DNA of 50,254 nucleotides from Gemmatimonadaceae bacterium (GCA_040374005.1 JBEIVF010000001.1:1-50254), one strand, 5' to 3'; shown: positions 37,657-46,584, counted from the stretch's first letter. Notes: generated from the sequence alone by a model not told the origin. Translations and numbers: made by a program.

Positions 37657-37678
37657 GGTGTCCTACCCAGAGGACACC
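37657..37678 (+). terminator. hairpin downstream of the Nudix gene
   Basis: ggtgtcct-acccag-aggacacc forms an 8-bp stem with no U tract. Confidence 0.35.
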
Positions 37679-37867
37679 AACTGGTATGCCGCGATCCGCA
37701 GCGCAGCGAGCCCAGTTTGTAAGACGCTCACCGGCTACGACTTACACGACAAAACGCCCAGCGCGACTGACGTGGCACAGCTCCTGCACTAGAAAGGCTC
37801 CAGTGCGGTGCTACACCTCGGCTTCGGGTGGCGCATCGGTACGACGGACGATTTCAGGAGAGGGACG

Positions 37868-38506
37868 ATGGGACAGTCAGCGATTCGCCAGGTCACCTCG
37901 ACCGGCCTTGAGCCTCGGGACCAGCTCCGCCAGCAGGACGACACCGCCTTGGTGACGACCTTTCTGCACGGCGATGAGCGGGCCTTCACGGTCCTCGTTG
38001 AGCGCTACCAGAGCCGCCTGCTGAACTTCATCTACCGGACCATCGGCGATCGGGAGCGGGCCGAGGATCTGGTGCAGGAGGTGTTCGTCCGTGTGTACCG
38101 TCATTTGGGGCGGTTCGACCGGTCGAAGAAGTTCTCGACGTGGATCTACACCATCGCCTCCAATCTGGCCAAGAACGAGCTGCGCAATCGCTCGCGCAAC
38201 CCGCTCGTGTTCTTCCAGGCGCTGGCCAAGGGTGGCCCGGGGGAGGAGGAGCGTCCGGTGGAGTTCGAGGACCACAAGCTGCGTCCTGATGATCTGTACC
38301 GGAAACGGCACCTCCGTGAGGCGGTGGACTCGTCCGTGGCCCAGCTCCCGGCGCATCACCGCGAGGTGTTCGTGCTCCGCGAGATCGAGGGCAAGTCCTA
38401 CGAGGAGATCGCCGAGATCACGAACTGCAACCTGGGCACCGTGAAGTCGCGGTTGAACCGGGCGCGGACGGCCTTCGCGGCGCTGGTGCAACCGCTGATC
38501 GACTGA
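37868..38506 (+). CDS. ECF (group 4) RNA polymerase sigma factor
   Basis: The ATG at 37868 is preceded by AGGAGAGGG. Region 2 (LVQEVFVRVYRHLGRFDRSKKFSTWIYTIASNLAKNELR) and region 4 (EVFVLREIEGKSYEEIAEITNCNLGTVKSRLNRAR) are both present. Confidence 0.9.
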   Translation: MGQSAIRQVTSTGLEPRDQLRQQDDTALVTTFLHGDERAFTVLVERYQSRLLNFIYRTIGDRERAEDLVQEVFVRVYRHLGRFDRSKKFSTWIYTIASNLAKNELRNRSRNPLVFFQALAKGGPGEEERPVEFEDHKLRPDDLYRKRHLREAVDSSVAQLPAHHREVFVLREIEGKSYEEIAEITNCNLGTVKSRLNRARTAFAALVQPLID

Positions 38507-38534
38507 GTGGGTGGGGGGGGTCTCCGGGTGGGGA

Positions 38535-38570
38535 GGCGGGGCCGTAGCGTTGCTAAGCTGCGGCCCCGCC
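38535..38570 (+). terminator. strong hairpin between the sigma and anti-sigma genes
   Basis: ggcggggccgtagc-gttgctaa-gctgcggccccgcc forms a 14-bp stem with one G-U pair. It is preceded by a G8 run at 38513-38520. Confidence 0.5.
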
Positions 38571-38644
38571 GGCATTCTCCCCTGTGGGAACCGGGAGTAC
38601 CTCTTCGGGTATGCGCCTTTGTGACCAGCCTCACCCCCCCAACG

Positions 38645-39184
38645 ATGTACTGCCGCCAATTTCGCGCGCTCCATGCGGAGTATCTCGACGATACGCTGTC
38701 GGGAGACAAAACGGACGCGATGCAAGAGCATCAGCGCGCGTGCCCGACGTGCGGCGATGAGGATTCGCGGGTGCGGCGTTCGCTGATTTTGGCGCGCAAC
38801 AGCATGCCGATCGAGGTGTCTGCCGATTTCGGTGCGCGTCTCGCGGCGCGGTTGGCCGCTGAGCCACGACCGGTCGTAGTGTCGGCATCCGCGCGGGGCT
38901 GGTCGTCGCGGACCGTGTGGATGTGGGCGGGGATGGGCGCGGCAGCGGCCGCCGTGGCCATGGTCGCCATGCGTCCGGCGCCGCAGGCGCCGGTCGTCAT
39001 GGCGCATGCCGCGGTGATCGTGATGCCGCCGCCGGTGCCCGCTGAACCGATCGCCGCACCGGCCGTGTTCGGTACGGTGGGATCCTCGCTCCCGGTGTAC
39101 CCGGCGATGTTGATGGCACAGCGTGCGACGGCGTACTTCGCCGCGACGCACGTGCAGACGGTCGCCTTCCAAGCCGCCCGCTAA
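38645..39184 (+). CDS. zf-HC2 type anti-sigma factor (single-pass membrane)
   Basis: MYCRQFRALHAEYLDDTLSGDKTDAMQEHQRACPTCGDE matches the H-x3-C-x2-C anti-sigma N-terminus, with a central TM segment (VWMWAGMGAAAAAVAMVAM). The frame stays open back to the GTG at 38507 (directly after the sigma stop) and the GTG at 38621, so the start is uncertain. Confidence 0.7.
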   Translation: MYCRQFRALHAEYLDDTLSGDKTDAMQEHQRACPTCGDEDSRVRRSLILARNSMPIEVSADFGARLAARLAAEPRPVVVSASARGWSSRTVWMWAGMGAAAAAVAMVAMRPAPQAPVVMAHAAVIVMPPPVPAEPIAAPAVFGTVGSSLPVYPAMLMAQRATAYFAATHVQTVAFQAAR

Positions 39185-39207
39185 GGGTCGCCGCCGTCGG
39201 CGGCGGC

Positions 39208-39213
39208 TATATT
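39208..39213 (+). promoter_or_regulatory. -10-like TATATT hexamer 6 nt upstream of the holA ATG (possible leaderless transcript)
   Basis: TATATT-ccgcgt-ATG with no Shine-Dalgarno in between. This is a pattern only. Confidence 0.25.
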
Positions 39214-39219
39214 CCGCGT

Positions 39220-40251
39220 ATGAGTGACGCCGCGCTCCGTGCCCTGCGCACGGCCCTCACCAAGGGAAAGCCGTTGGACCGGGTGTACTACCTCCACGGC
39301 GATGACGACTACCGCAAGGAGCTCATCGTGCGCCAGGTCATCGAGCGCACGGTCGACGCGGCCATGCGTGACTTCAACGTCGAAGTGCGTCGTGGCCACG
39401 AACTCGATGCCGCCACCCTCGCGGGGCTCCTCGATGCGTTGCCCATGATGGCCGCGCGGCGTGTGGTCGTCGTGCGCGATGTGGATGCGTTGAAGAAGCC
39501 GGCGCGCGCCGCACTCGATCACTATCTCGCCCGGGCGTCAGAGGAGACCATCCTCCTGTTGGTCGCGGCCGCAGAGGTGAAGCCCGATGCGACGCTCACC
39601 AAGCAGGCGACCGCAGTCGCGGTGGAGTCGTTCACCGAGGAAGAGCTCGAGAAGTGGCTCATCACCACGGCCGAAAAGATGGGCGCCACGCTCGATGCCG
39701 CCGGTGCGCAGCTGCTCGCGGCGGCGGTGGGCTCCGATCTCGCGCTCGCGACGGGTGAGCTCGAGAAGCTGGTGTCGTACACGCGCGGCGCCCCGATCAC
39801 CGCGGCCGCGATCAACGATGTCGTCGGCGTGCGGCAGGGCGAGACGATGGGCGATCTGCTCGACGCGATCGGGCACCGCGATGTCACGCGCGCGCTCCGG
39901 CTGCTCGGCCCCGTCTTGGGGCAGCCGAAGACGAGCGGGGTCCAGCTCTTGTTGGCGCTCACTGCGCAGACCTTGGCGTTGGCGTGGGCCAAGTCGAAAG
40001 GCGGCCGCGCCGACTTCTTCGCGTTCCTCAAGTTGGGTAAGTCGTTCACTGGCCGATCATGGAGCGAAGCGGCCACCGCGTGGAATGCGGCGCTGCCCAA
40101 GTGGTCCCTCGCCGAACTCGATCGCGCGCTCACGTTGTTGCACGCGGCCGATCGCTCGCTGAAGGACACGCGCATCTCGAGTGACGAAGCCATCCTCGCC
40201 TCGCTGATCCTGGCGATGGCGTCCCCGACCCGGCCCCGGAGGGCCGCGTGA
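39220..40251 (+). CDS. holA: DNA polymerase III delta subunit
   Basis: 343 aa. The N-terminal pattern (VYYLHGDDDYRKELIV...VVVVRDVDALK) and the length are typical of HolA. Confidence 0.8.
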   Translation: MSDAALRALRTALTKGKPLDRVYYLHGDDDYRKELIVRQVIERTVDAAMRDFNVEVRRGHELDAATLAGLLDALPMMAARRVVVVRDVDALKKPARAALDHYLARASEETILLLVAAAEVKPDATLTKQATAVAVESFTEEELEKWLITTAEKMGATLDAAGAQLLAAAVGSDLALATGELEKLVSYTRGAPITAAAINDVVGVRQGETMGDLLDAIGHRDVTRALRLLGPVLGQPKTSGVQLLLALTAQTLALAWAKSKGGRADFFAFLKLGKSFTGRSWSEAATAWNAALPKWSLAELDRALTLLHAADRSLKDTRISSDEAILASLILAMASPTRPRRAA

Positions 40252-41114
40252 TGTTCCGACTCCTGCTCGTTTCGTTGTTCGCCGTGGTCCTCACCACCGA
40301 GGCCGTCGCCCAGAACGCCATGCGGGCCGACTCGGTGTTCGCGCGGGCGCGCCGACTCGTGAACGAAGGTGCAGGCACGGAAGGCCGAGCGCTGATCGAC
40401 TCCCTCGTGCGCAGCACCAAAGAGGGCAGCGCCGAGCGAGCCGATGCGCTCTACTGGCGCGCCGCGCTCGCCCCCGACGCCGCCACCGCGCAGCGCGACT
40501 ACGTGCTGATCACGGTGGACCATTCGCTCACCCCGCGGGCCGCCGATGCGCTCCTCGGCCTCGCGCAGCTCGAGTACGCCCGCGGTGATCGCACCGCCGC
40601 GCGGCGCCATCTCGAGCGCCTGGTCCTCGAGCATCCGCAGGCCACGTCCATCACCGAGGCGTGGTATTGGCTCGGCCGCACGCGCATCGAGATCGGCGAT
40701 GTGGCGGCGGGATGCCAAGCCCTCGACCGCGCCCGCAAGGCGTTGCCTGCCGCCGAGGTGGAGCGCCGCAACATGGTGGACTACGCCGCACAGTCGTGCC
40801 GCAATCTGCCGGCCGCGGGCACGACGCCACCGCCCCCCCCCCCGACCACCACGACGGCGACGACCACGGCGACACGCGGTGCGTGGACCGTGCAAGTGGC
40901 CGCGTTCAAGACCAAGGCCGAAGGCGAGCGGTTGGTCCGTTCGTTGACGGCCCGTGGCCATGCGGCGCGCGTGATCGAGCCCTTCGGCGCGGGCGCGACG
41001 CTGTACCGGGTGCGCATCGGCTTCTATGCGACGCGTGCGGACGCCGTCGCCGTCGTCGCGACACTCAAAGCGCAGCGGATCGGCGCGATCGTCGCGGAGA
41101 CGGAGGCGCGGTGA
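40248..41114 (+). CDS. TPR-like / SPOR domain protein
   Basis: A signal peptide and TPR-like repeats are followed by a Pro/Thr linker and a C-terminal SPOR pattern (WTVQVAAFKTKAEGERLVRSL...YRVRIGFYATRADA). The start overlaps the holA stop. Confidence 0.8.
   Translation: MMFRLLLVSLFAVVLTTEAVAQNAMRADSVFARARRLVNEGAGTEGRALIDSLVRSTKEGSAERADALYWRAALAPDAATAQRDYVLITVDHSLTPRAADALLGLAQLEYARGDRTAARRHLERLVLEHPQATSITEAWYWLGRTRIEIGDVAAGCQALDRARKALPAAEVERRNMVDYAAQSCRNLPAAGTTPPPPPPTTTTATTTATRGAWTVQVAAFKTKAEGERLVRSLTARGHAARVIEPFGAGATLYRVRIGFYATRADAVAVVATLKAQRIGAIVAETEAR
40833..40843 (+). repeat. C11 homopolymeric tract inside the SPOR-protein coding sequence
   Basis: There are eleven consecutive C residues encoding part of the PPPPPP linker. 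Confidence 0.95.
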
Positions 41115-43723
41115 GCGGCAGTGCGGCCACGCCGCTGATGCAGCAGTACGGCGAGATCAAGGCCCGGCATCCGGATGCCATCTTGTTCTTCCGGATGGGC
41201 GATTTCTACGAGATGTTCTACGACGACGCCGAGACGGCCTCGCGTGTGCTCGGCCTGACGCTCACGTCGCGCAACAACGGCGGGGCCGCGGCCGTGCCAC
41301 TCGCCGGCATCCCCGTGCGCGCAGCGACCGACTATCTGCGTCGCTTGGTCGAACAGGGATTCCGCGTGTCGATCTGCGAACAGATCGAGGACCCGAAGTT
41401 CGCGAAGGGCGTCGTGAAGCGCGCGGTGGTGGAGACGATCACCCCGGGCGCGGTGTTCGCCGATGATCTCCTCGATGGCACGCGCGACAACTTCCTCGCG
41501 GCGGTCACCGTGGATGGTGCGCAGATCGGTGTGGCCGCGGCCGACCTGTCGACGGGCGTGTTCCGCCTGGTGCTCACCACCGCCAACGACATCGATGCGG
41601 TGCTTGCGCGACTCGCGCCACGCGAAGTAGTCGTCAACGAGCAGTTGCCCGCCGCGCTCCATGCCGTGGTGCAAGAGCGCACGCGGCTGCTCAGTGTGCG
41701 GCCGGCGTGGGAGTTCGATGCCGCCCTCGGTGGCGAGGCCCTCACGCAGCAGTTCGCGCTCGCGTCGCTCGCCGGCTTGGGCATCGAGACCAGCGCCGCC
41801 GCGGTGATCGGCGCGGCGGGCGCGCTGCTCCGCTACTTGCGCGAGCTCCAGCCCGCCGGCATCCCGCATCTCGCGCGGCCGGTGCTGGAATCGACGACGG
41901 CGGTCATGCCGCTCGACGAGATGACGCGTCGCAATCTCGAGTTGGTGGAGTCGATGCGCGGGGGGACGGAGGGCACGCTGCTCTCCGTGCTCGATCGTAC
42001 GCACACGCCGATGGGGGCGCGGCGGCTGCGGCAGTGGTTGCTCGCGCCGTTGGTGGATGCGGCGCTCATCACCGATCGGCTCGATGCGGTCGCGGCGCTC
42101 ACCACCGATGGCTTGGCGCGCGGTGCCCTGCGGACCGCCCTCGACGGCGTGCGCGACGTCGAACGTCTCGCCAGCAAGGCCGCGGCGGGTCGCGCCACGC
42201 CGCGCGAACTCCGCGCGCTCGGCGATTCATTGCACCGGTTGCCCGCCGTGTCGGCCGCGCTCACGCCCACACAGGTGCCAGGCGCCCTCGGCGCGATCCA
42301 CGCAAGCTGGGATGATGCCGCACCGCTCGCGGCGCGCATCACGCACACGCTCGTGGAGCGTCCACCCCTGCAGATCGGCGATGGCGAGACGATCGCGCCC
42401 GGCTTCGACCCGGAGCTCGATGCGCTCCGGCAGTTGCGCGATGGTGGCAAGGATGCAATCGCCGCACTGCAAGCCGAGGAGCGCACGCGGACGGGCATCA
42501 GCTCGCTGAAGGTCGGCTACAACCGCGTGTTCGGGTACTACCTCGAGATCACGCGCGCCAACGCGCATCTCGTGCCCGCGGAGTACCAGCGTCGCCAAAC
42601 GCTCACGGGCGCGGAACGCTACGTGACGCCCGCGCTCCAGGCGTTCGAAGAGCGCATCCTCACGGCGACCGACCGCAGCGAGACGCTGGAACGTGACCAC
42701 TTCGAGGCGTTGCGGAGCGCCGTGGGGGCCGCGATCGCGCCACTGCAAGCGATCGCCGATCGCCTGGCCACGCTCGATGTGCTCGCCACGCTCGCGGAGG
42801 TCGCGGTGCACGAGGGCTACGTGCGGCCGACCATCACCGACGACATCACGCTCACCATCGTCGGGGGACGGCATCCCGTCGTGGAGCGGACGATGCCGCG
42901 CGACCAGTTCATCCCCAACGATCTCGCCCTCGACGCGGCCCAACGCGTGATCGTGCTCACGGGCCCCAACATGGCGGGCAAGAGCACGATCCTGCGGCAG
43001 ATCGGGCTCATCGTGCTGCTGGCGCAGGTGGGGTCGTTCGTACCCGCCACCGCGGCGACGATCGGGCTGTGCGATCGCGTCTTCACGCGTGTGGGCGCGA
43101 GCGACAATCTCGGGCGCGGTCAGTCGACGTTCATGGTGGAGATGGCCGAGACCAGCGCGATCCTGCACACGGCGACGGCGCGCAGTCTGGTGTTGCTCGA
43201 CGAGATCGGTCGGGGCACCGCCACGTGGGATGGGCTCTCGATCGCGTGGGCGGTCACCGAACACCTGCATGAGCGCGTGGGATGCAAGACGGTGTTCGCC
43301 ACGCACTACCACGAGCTGACGCAGCTCGAGCGCGAGCTCAGCGCCGTGCGCAACTTCAACGTCGCGGTGCGCGAAGTCGGCGAACAGATCCTGTTCCTGC
43401 ATCGCTTGCAGCCCGGCGGGGCGGATCGGTCGTACGGGATCGAGGTCGGGCGGTTGGCTGGCTTGCCGCCAGCGGTCATCGCGCGCGCACGCACGCTGCT
43501 GCGCTCGCTCGAGGGCGGCGATCTCGTGCGCGCTGTGGGCACACCGAGTGGGCGCCCCGTGCCGCCGGCCGAGCAACTCGGCTTGTTCGGCGCGCCGCCG
43601 CCGCATCCGGTGGTGACCGCCCTGCAACAGGTGGATGTGGATCAACTCACGCCACTGGCCGCGCTGCAGCTCGTGGCCTCGCTGGCCGCGGACGCCCGCG
43701 GCGGATCCGCGCCCCGCGCGTGA
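41111..43723 (+). CDS. mutS: DNA mismatch repair protein MutS
   Basis: The GTG at 41111 overlaps the SPOR gene stop (GTGA). TPLMQQYGEIKARHPDAILFFRMGDFYEMFYDDA, Walker A GPNMAGKST, and STFMVEM. The upstream 150 codons of the track ORF are an open off-frame extension. Confidence 0.95.
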   Translation: MSGSAATPLMQQYGEIKARHPDAILFFRMGDFYEMFYDDAETASRVLGLTLTSRNNGGAAAVPLAGIPVRAATDYLRRLVEQGFRVSICEQIEDPKFAKGVVKRAVVETITPGAVFADDLLDGTRDNFLAAVTVDGAQIGVAAADLSTGVFRLVLTTANDIDAVLARLAPREVVVNEQLPAALHAVVQERTRLLSVRPAWEFDAALGGEALTQQFALASLAGLGIETSAAAVIGAAGALLRYLRELQPAGIPHLARPVLESTTAVMPLDEMTRRNLELVESMRGGTEGTLLSVLDRTHTPMGARRLRQWLLAPLVDAALITDRLDAVAALTTDGLARGALRTALDGVRDVERLASKAAAGRATPRELRALGDSLHRLPAVSAALTPTQVPGALGAIHASWDDAAPLAARITHTLVERPPLQIGDGETIAPGFDPELDALRQLRDGGKDAIAALQAEERTRTGISSLKVGYNRVFGYYLEITRANAHLVPAEYQRRQTLTGAERYVTPALQAFEERILTATDRSETLERDHFEALRSAVGAAIAPLQAIADRLATLDVLATLAEVAVHEGYVRPTITDDITLTIVGGRHPVVERTMPRDQFIPNDLALDAAQRVIVLTGPNMAGKSTILRQIGLIVLLAQVGSFVPATAATIGLCDRVFTRVGASDNLGRGQSTFMVEMAETSAILHTATARSLVLLDEIGRGTATWDGLSIAWAVTEHLHERVGCKTVFATHYHELTQLERELSAVRNFNVAVREVGEQILFLHRLQPGGADRSYGIEVGRLAGLPPAVIARARTLLRSLEGGDLVRAVGTPSGRPVPPAEQLGLFGAPPPHPVVTALQQVDVDQLTPLAALQLVASLAADARGGSAPRA

Positions 43724-44160
43724 CCCGCTCCCGCGTCGCCCTGTTGGTGCTCGCCTTGAGCGTCGGGTGTGGCGATCGGGTGCCGGTCCCCGCGGATGTG
43801 CCCACGGATACGGTGATGGACGCGGCGCCGGTGATGACCAACGCGGAATTCCCTTTTCGCTATCCGCCCGAATTGTGGGCGCAGCGGGTGCAGGGGGATG
43901 TGCTCCTCCGCCTGTTCGTCGACACCGCGGGCATCCCCATCGACGACTCGACGCGGATCGTGACTCCCTCGGGCATCCCCGCGCTCGACTCCGCGGCCCT
44001 CGTGGGGGCGCCGCGCCTCCGCTTCTCGCCAGCGCGCCGTGATGACGCCGCGCTCGCCGTGGCGGTATTGTTCCCCGTGTTGTTCCGTCATCCGGATGCG
44101 CCGCCTCTTCCCGGCGACTCCGCGCTTACGCATCCTGTCCGTCGCCCCGACCTTCCGTGA
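43720..44160 (+). CDS. TonB C-terminal domain lipoprotein
   Basis: The GTG at 43720 overlaps the mutS stop. Lipobox LALSVGCG. TonB_C-like FPFRYPPELWAQRVQGDVLLRLFVDTAGIP...PALDSAAL. Confidence 0.7.
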   Translation: MTRSRVALLVLALSVGCGDRVPVPADVPTDTVMDAAPVMTNAEFPFRYPPELWAQRVQGDVLLRLFVDTAGIPIDDSTRIVTPSGIPALDSAALVGAPRLRFSPARRDDAALAVAVLFPVLFRHPDAPPLPGDSALTHPVRRPDLP

Positions 44161-45542
44161 ATCACGCGACCCCGTACGACAACGTCCTCGACACCATCGG
44201 GTGGACGCCGCTCATCCGCCTCAACCGTGTCACGCAGGGCATCCGCACGCCGGTGTACGGCAAGGCGGAGGTCTTCAATCCGGGCGGCTCCGTCAAGGAT
44301 CGCATCGGACTCCCGATCATCGAAGCGGCGGAGCAGGAGGGCCGACTCAAGCCCGGCGGCACGATCGTCGAGGGCACGAGCGGCAACACCGGGGTCGGGC
44401 TCGCGATCGCCGCGGCGCTCAAGGGCTACAAGTGCATCTTCACGATGCCCGACAAGATGTCGCAGGAGAAGGTCCGCTTGCTCAAGGCGTACGGCGCCGA
44501 GGTGATCATCACGCCCACGGCGGTGCCGGCGGATCATCCGGACAATTACGTCATGATGGCCAAGCGCATCGCGGCGGAGACGCCGAACGCGGTGCTGGCC
44601 AACCAGTTCTACAATCCCGCCAATCCCGCGGCGCACTACGCGACTACGGGTCCCGAGCTGTGGGCCCAGAGCAGCGGGCGCATCACGCATTTCGTGGGCG
44701 CGGCGGGCACGGGCGGCACGCTCACGGGCACGGGCCGCTACCTCAAAGAGCAGAACCCCAACATCAAGATCGTCGCTGGTGATCCGGCGGGTTCCATCCT
44801 CGCCGAGCATTATCGCACGCACGGCGCGTCGGTGCCGGAAGGTGCGCCGTACAAGGTCGAAGGCATCGGACAGGACAAGATCCCCGGGACCCTCGACATG
44901 ACGGTGATCGATGCGTTCCACACCGTCTCGGACCGCGATGCGTTCTCGATGGCGCGGCGCATCACGCGCGAAGAAGGCATCTTCGTCGGGGGATCGGCGG
45001 GGCTCATCACGCACGTCGCGTTGCAGGTCGCGCGCGAACTCGATGATCCCAACGGCTTCGTCGTCACGTTCCTCTGCGACACCGGTGAGCGCTATCTCTC
45101 CAAGCTGTACAACGACGAGTGGATGCGCGAGAACCAGATGCTCGATCCCGACAAGGTCTCGCTCGGCCAACTCGTCATGCTCAAGTCCGGCGAGGTCCCG
45201 GCGCTGGTCGCGACCACGGCGGGGGCGCCCGTGCGGCAAGCGCTGCGCTTGATGGCACTCCACGATGTGTCGCAGCTCGCCGTGATGGACGGCGCGACGT
45301 GTGTCGGCTCCGTGAGCGAGACCGCCCTCTCGATCCGCGCCCTCGAGAACACCAAGCTGCTCGACGCGGTGGTCAGTGACGTCATGGACAGCCCGTTCCC
45401 GACGGTGGACCATGACTCGCCGATCGAGCCGGTGACCAAGATGCTCACCAAGGCCAATCACGCGGTGCTCGTGCGCACCAACGGGACCATCACGGGCATC
45501 CTCACGCGCTCCGACGTCCTGCATTTCCTGATGAGCCGCTAG
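44157..45542 (+). CDS. cystathionine beta-synthase (PLP CysK-like domain plus CBS pair)
   Basis: NPGGSVKDRIG, GTSGNTGVGLA, and a C-terminal tandem CBS region. GTGA overlap with the upstream gene. Confidence 0.88.
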   Translation: MNHATPYDNVLDTIGWTPLIRLNRVTQGIRTPVYGKAEVFNPGGSVKDRIGLPIIEAAEQEGRLKPGGTIVEGTSGNTGVGLAIAAALKGYKCIFTMPDKMSQEKVRLLKAYGAEVIITPTAVPADHPDNYVMMAKRIAAETPNAVLANQFYNPANPAAHYATTGPELWAQSSGRITHFVGAAGTGGTLTGTGRYLKEQNPNIKIVAGDPAGSILAEHYRTHGASVPEGAPYKVEGIGQDKIPGTLDMTVIDAFHTVSDRDAFSMARRITREEGIFVGGSAGLITHVALQVARELDDPNGFVVTFLCDTGERYLSKLYNDEWMRENQMLDPDKVSLGQLVMLKSGEVPALVATTAGAPVRQALRLMALHDVSQLAVMDGATCVGSVSETALSIRALENTKLLDAVVSDVMDSPFPTVDHDSPIEPVTKMLTKANHAVLVRTNGTITGILTRSDVLHFLMSR

Positions 45543-45570
45543 GCTCTCGTTCCTCTCGCCCGTTCTCGCT

Positions 45571-46584
45571 GTGCGCATCACGGTCCTGCTCGGTGGTACC
45601 TCGTCCGAACGCGATGTCTCGTTGGCCTCAGGGCTACGGGTGGTCGGTGCGCTGCGCGCACGTGGGCACCACGTCACGCCCCTCGATCCCGCCACGGGCG
45701 TCCTCGATGACGCCGCGTTGGCGGCCCTCGCGTCCGGAGTGCGTCGGGCCCCACCGACGACCGCCGAGCTCGCGGCCCTTGACCAGCAGGCGCTCGGCGC
45801 GCGGCTCGGCACGCACGAGGCGATCCGGTCAGCCGAGGTCGTGTTCAACGCGTTGCATGGCGGGGCGGGCGAAGATGGCACCATCCAGGCCATCCTCGAT
45901 GCCGGGAAGGTCGCCTACACAGGCAGTGGCGCGCTGGCGTCGGCCCTCGCGATGGACAAGGATCTGTCCAAGGCGCTCTTCCGGAGTGCTGGGGTGTCGA
46001 CGGCCGACTGGCGGATGGCCCCCGTGGATCCCGACGAGGCGATCGAGACCTTGGGGCTGCCGCTGATCGTGAAGCCGTCCAAGCAAGGGAGCACGGTCGG
46101 GCTGACGCTGGTGCGCGAGGCCGCGGCACTCTCCGCCGCGATCGCGCTGGCCTTCCAGCACGACGACGAGGTGATGCTGGAGCGGTTCGTACCGGGGCGC
46201 GAGTTCACGGTCGGGATCCTCGGGGACGTCGCGCTCCCGGTGGGGGAGATCATCTCCCAGAACGAGCTGTATGACTATGAGGCCAAGTACACGCCGGGGA
46301 TGGCGCGGGAGGTCTTCCCAGCCGATCTCAGCGCGGCCGCGACCGCGGAGGTGCAGGCGCAGGCCCGCCGCGCCTTTCGCGCGCTCAAGCTCCGGGGGTA
46401 CGCGCGGATTGACTTCCGCATGACCGCGGACGGAACGTTCTATTGTCTGGAGGCCAATACCAACCCTGGCCTCACCGAGTTGAGTCTCATTCCCCAAGCC
46501 GCTGCGGCCGCGGGGATCCCGTTTCCCGAGTTGTGCGAGCGCATCGCTGTGATGGCGGCGCCGAGGAGCACCGAGCAGTCATGA
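45571..46584 (+). CDS. ddl: D-alanine--D-alanine ligase
   Basis: MRITVLLGGTSSERDVSLASG, ATP-grasp motifs (LIVKPSKQGSTVG, EANTNPGLT). Confidence 0.93.
   Translation: MRITVLLGGTSSERDVSLASGLRVVGALRARGHHVTPLDPATGVLDDAALAALASGVRRAPPTTAELAALDQQALGARLGTHEAIRSAEVVFNALHGGAGEDGTIQAILDAGKVAYTGSGALASALAMDKDLSKALFRSAGVSTADWRMAPVDPDEAIETLGLPLIVKPSKQGSTVGLTLVREAAALSAAIALAFQHDDEVMLERFVPGREFTVGILGDVALPVGEIISQNELYDYEAKYTPGMAREVFPADLSAAATAEVQAQARRAFRALKLRGYARIDFRMTADGTFYCLEANTNPGLTELSLIPQAAAAAGIPFPELCERIAVMAAPRSTEQS

Noticed and set aside
37628-37867. Identification of the 240-bp spacer as SRP RNA, tmRNA or 6S RNA.
   Set aside because: None of the conserved sequence blocks of SRP RNA or tmRNA is present on either strand. 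6S RNA cannot be called from sequence alone. The region is kept only as an unexplained non-coding stretch.
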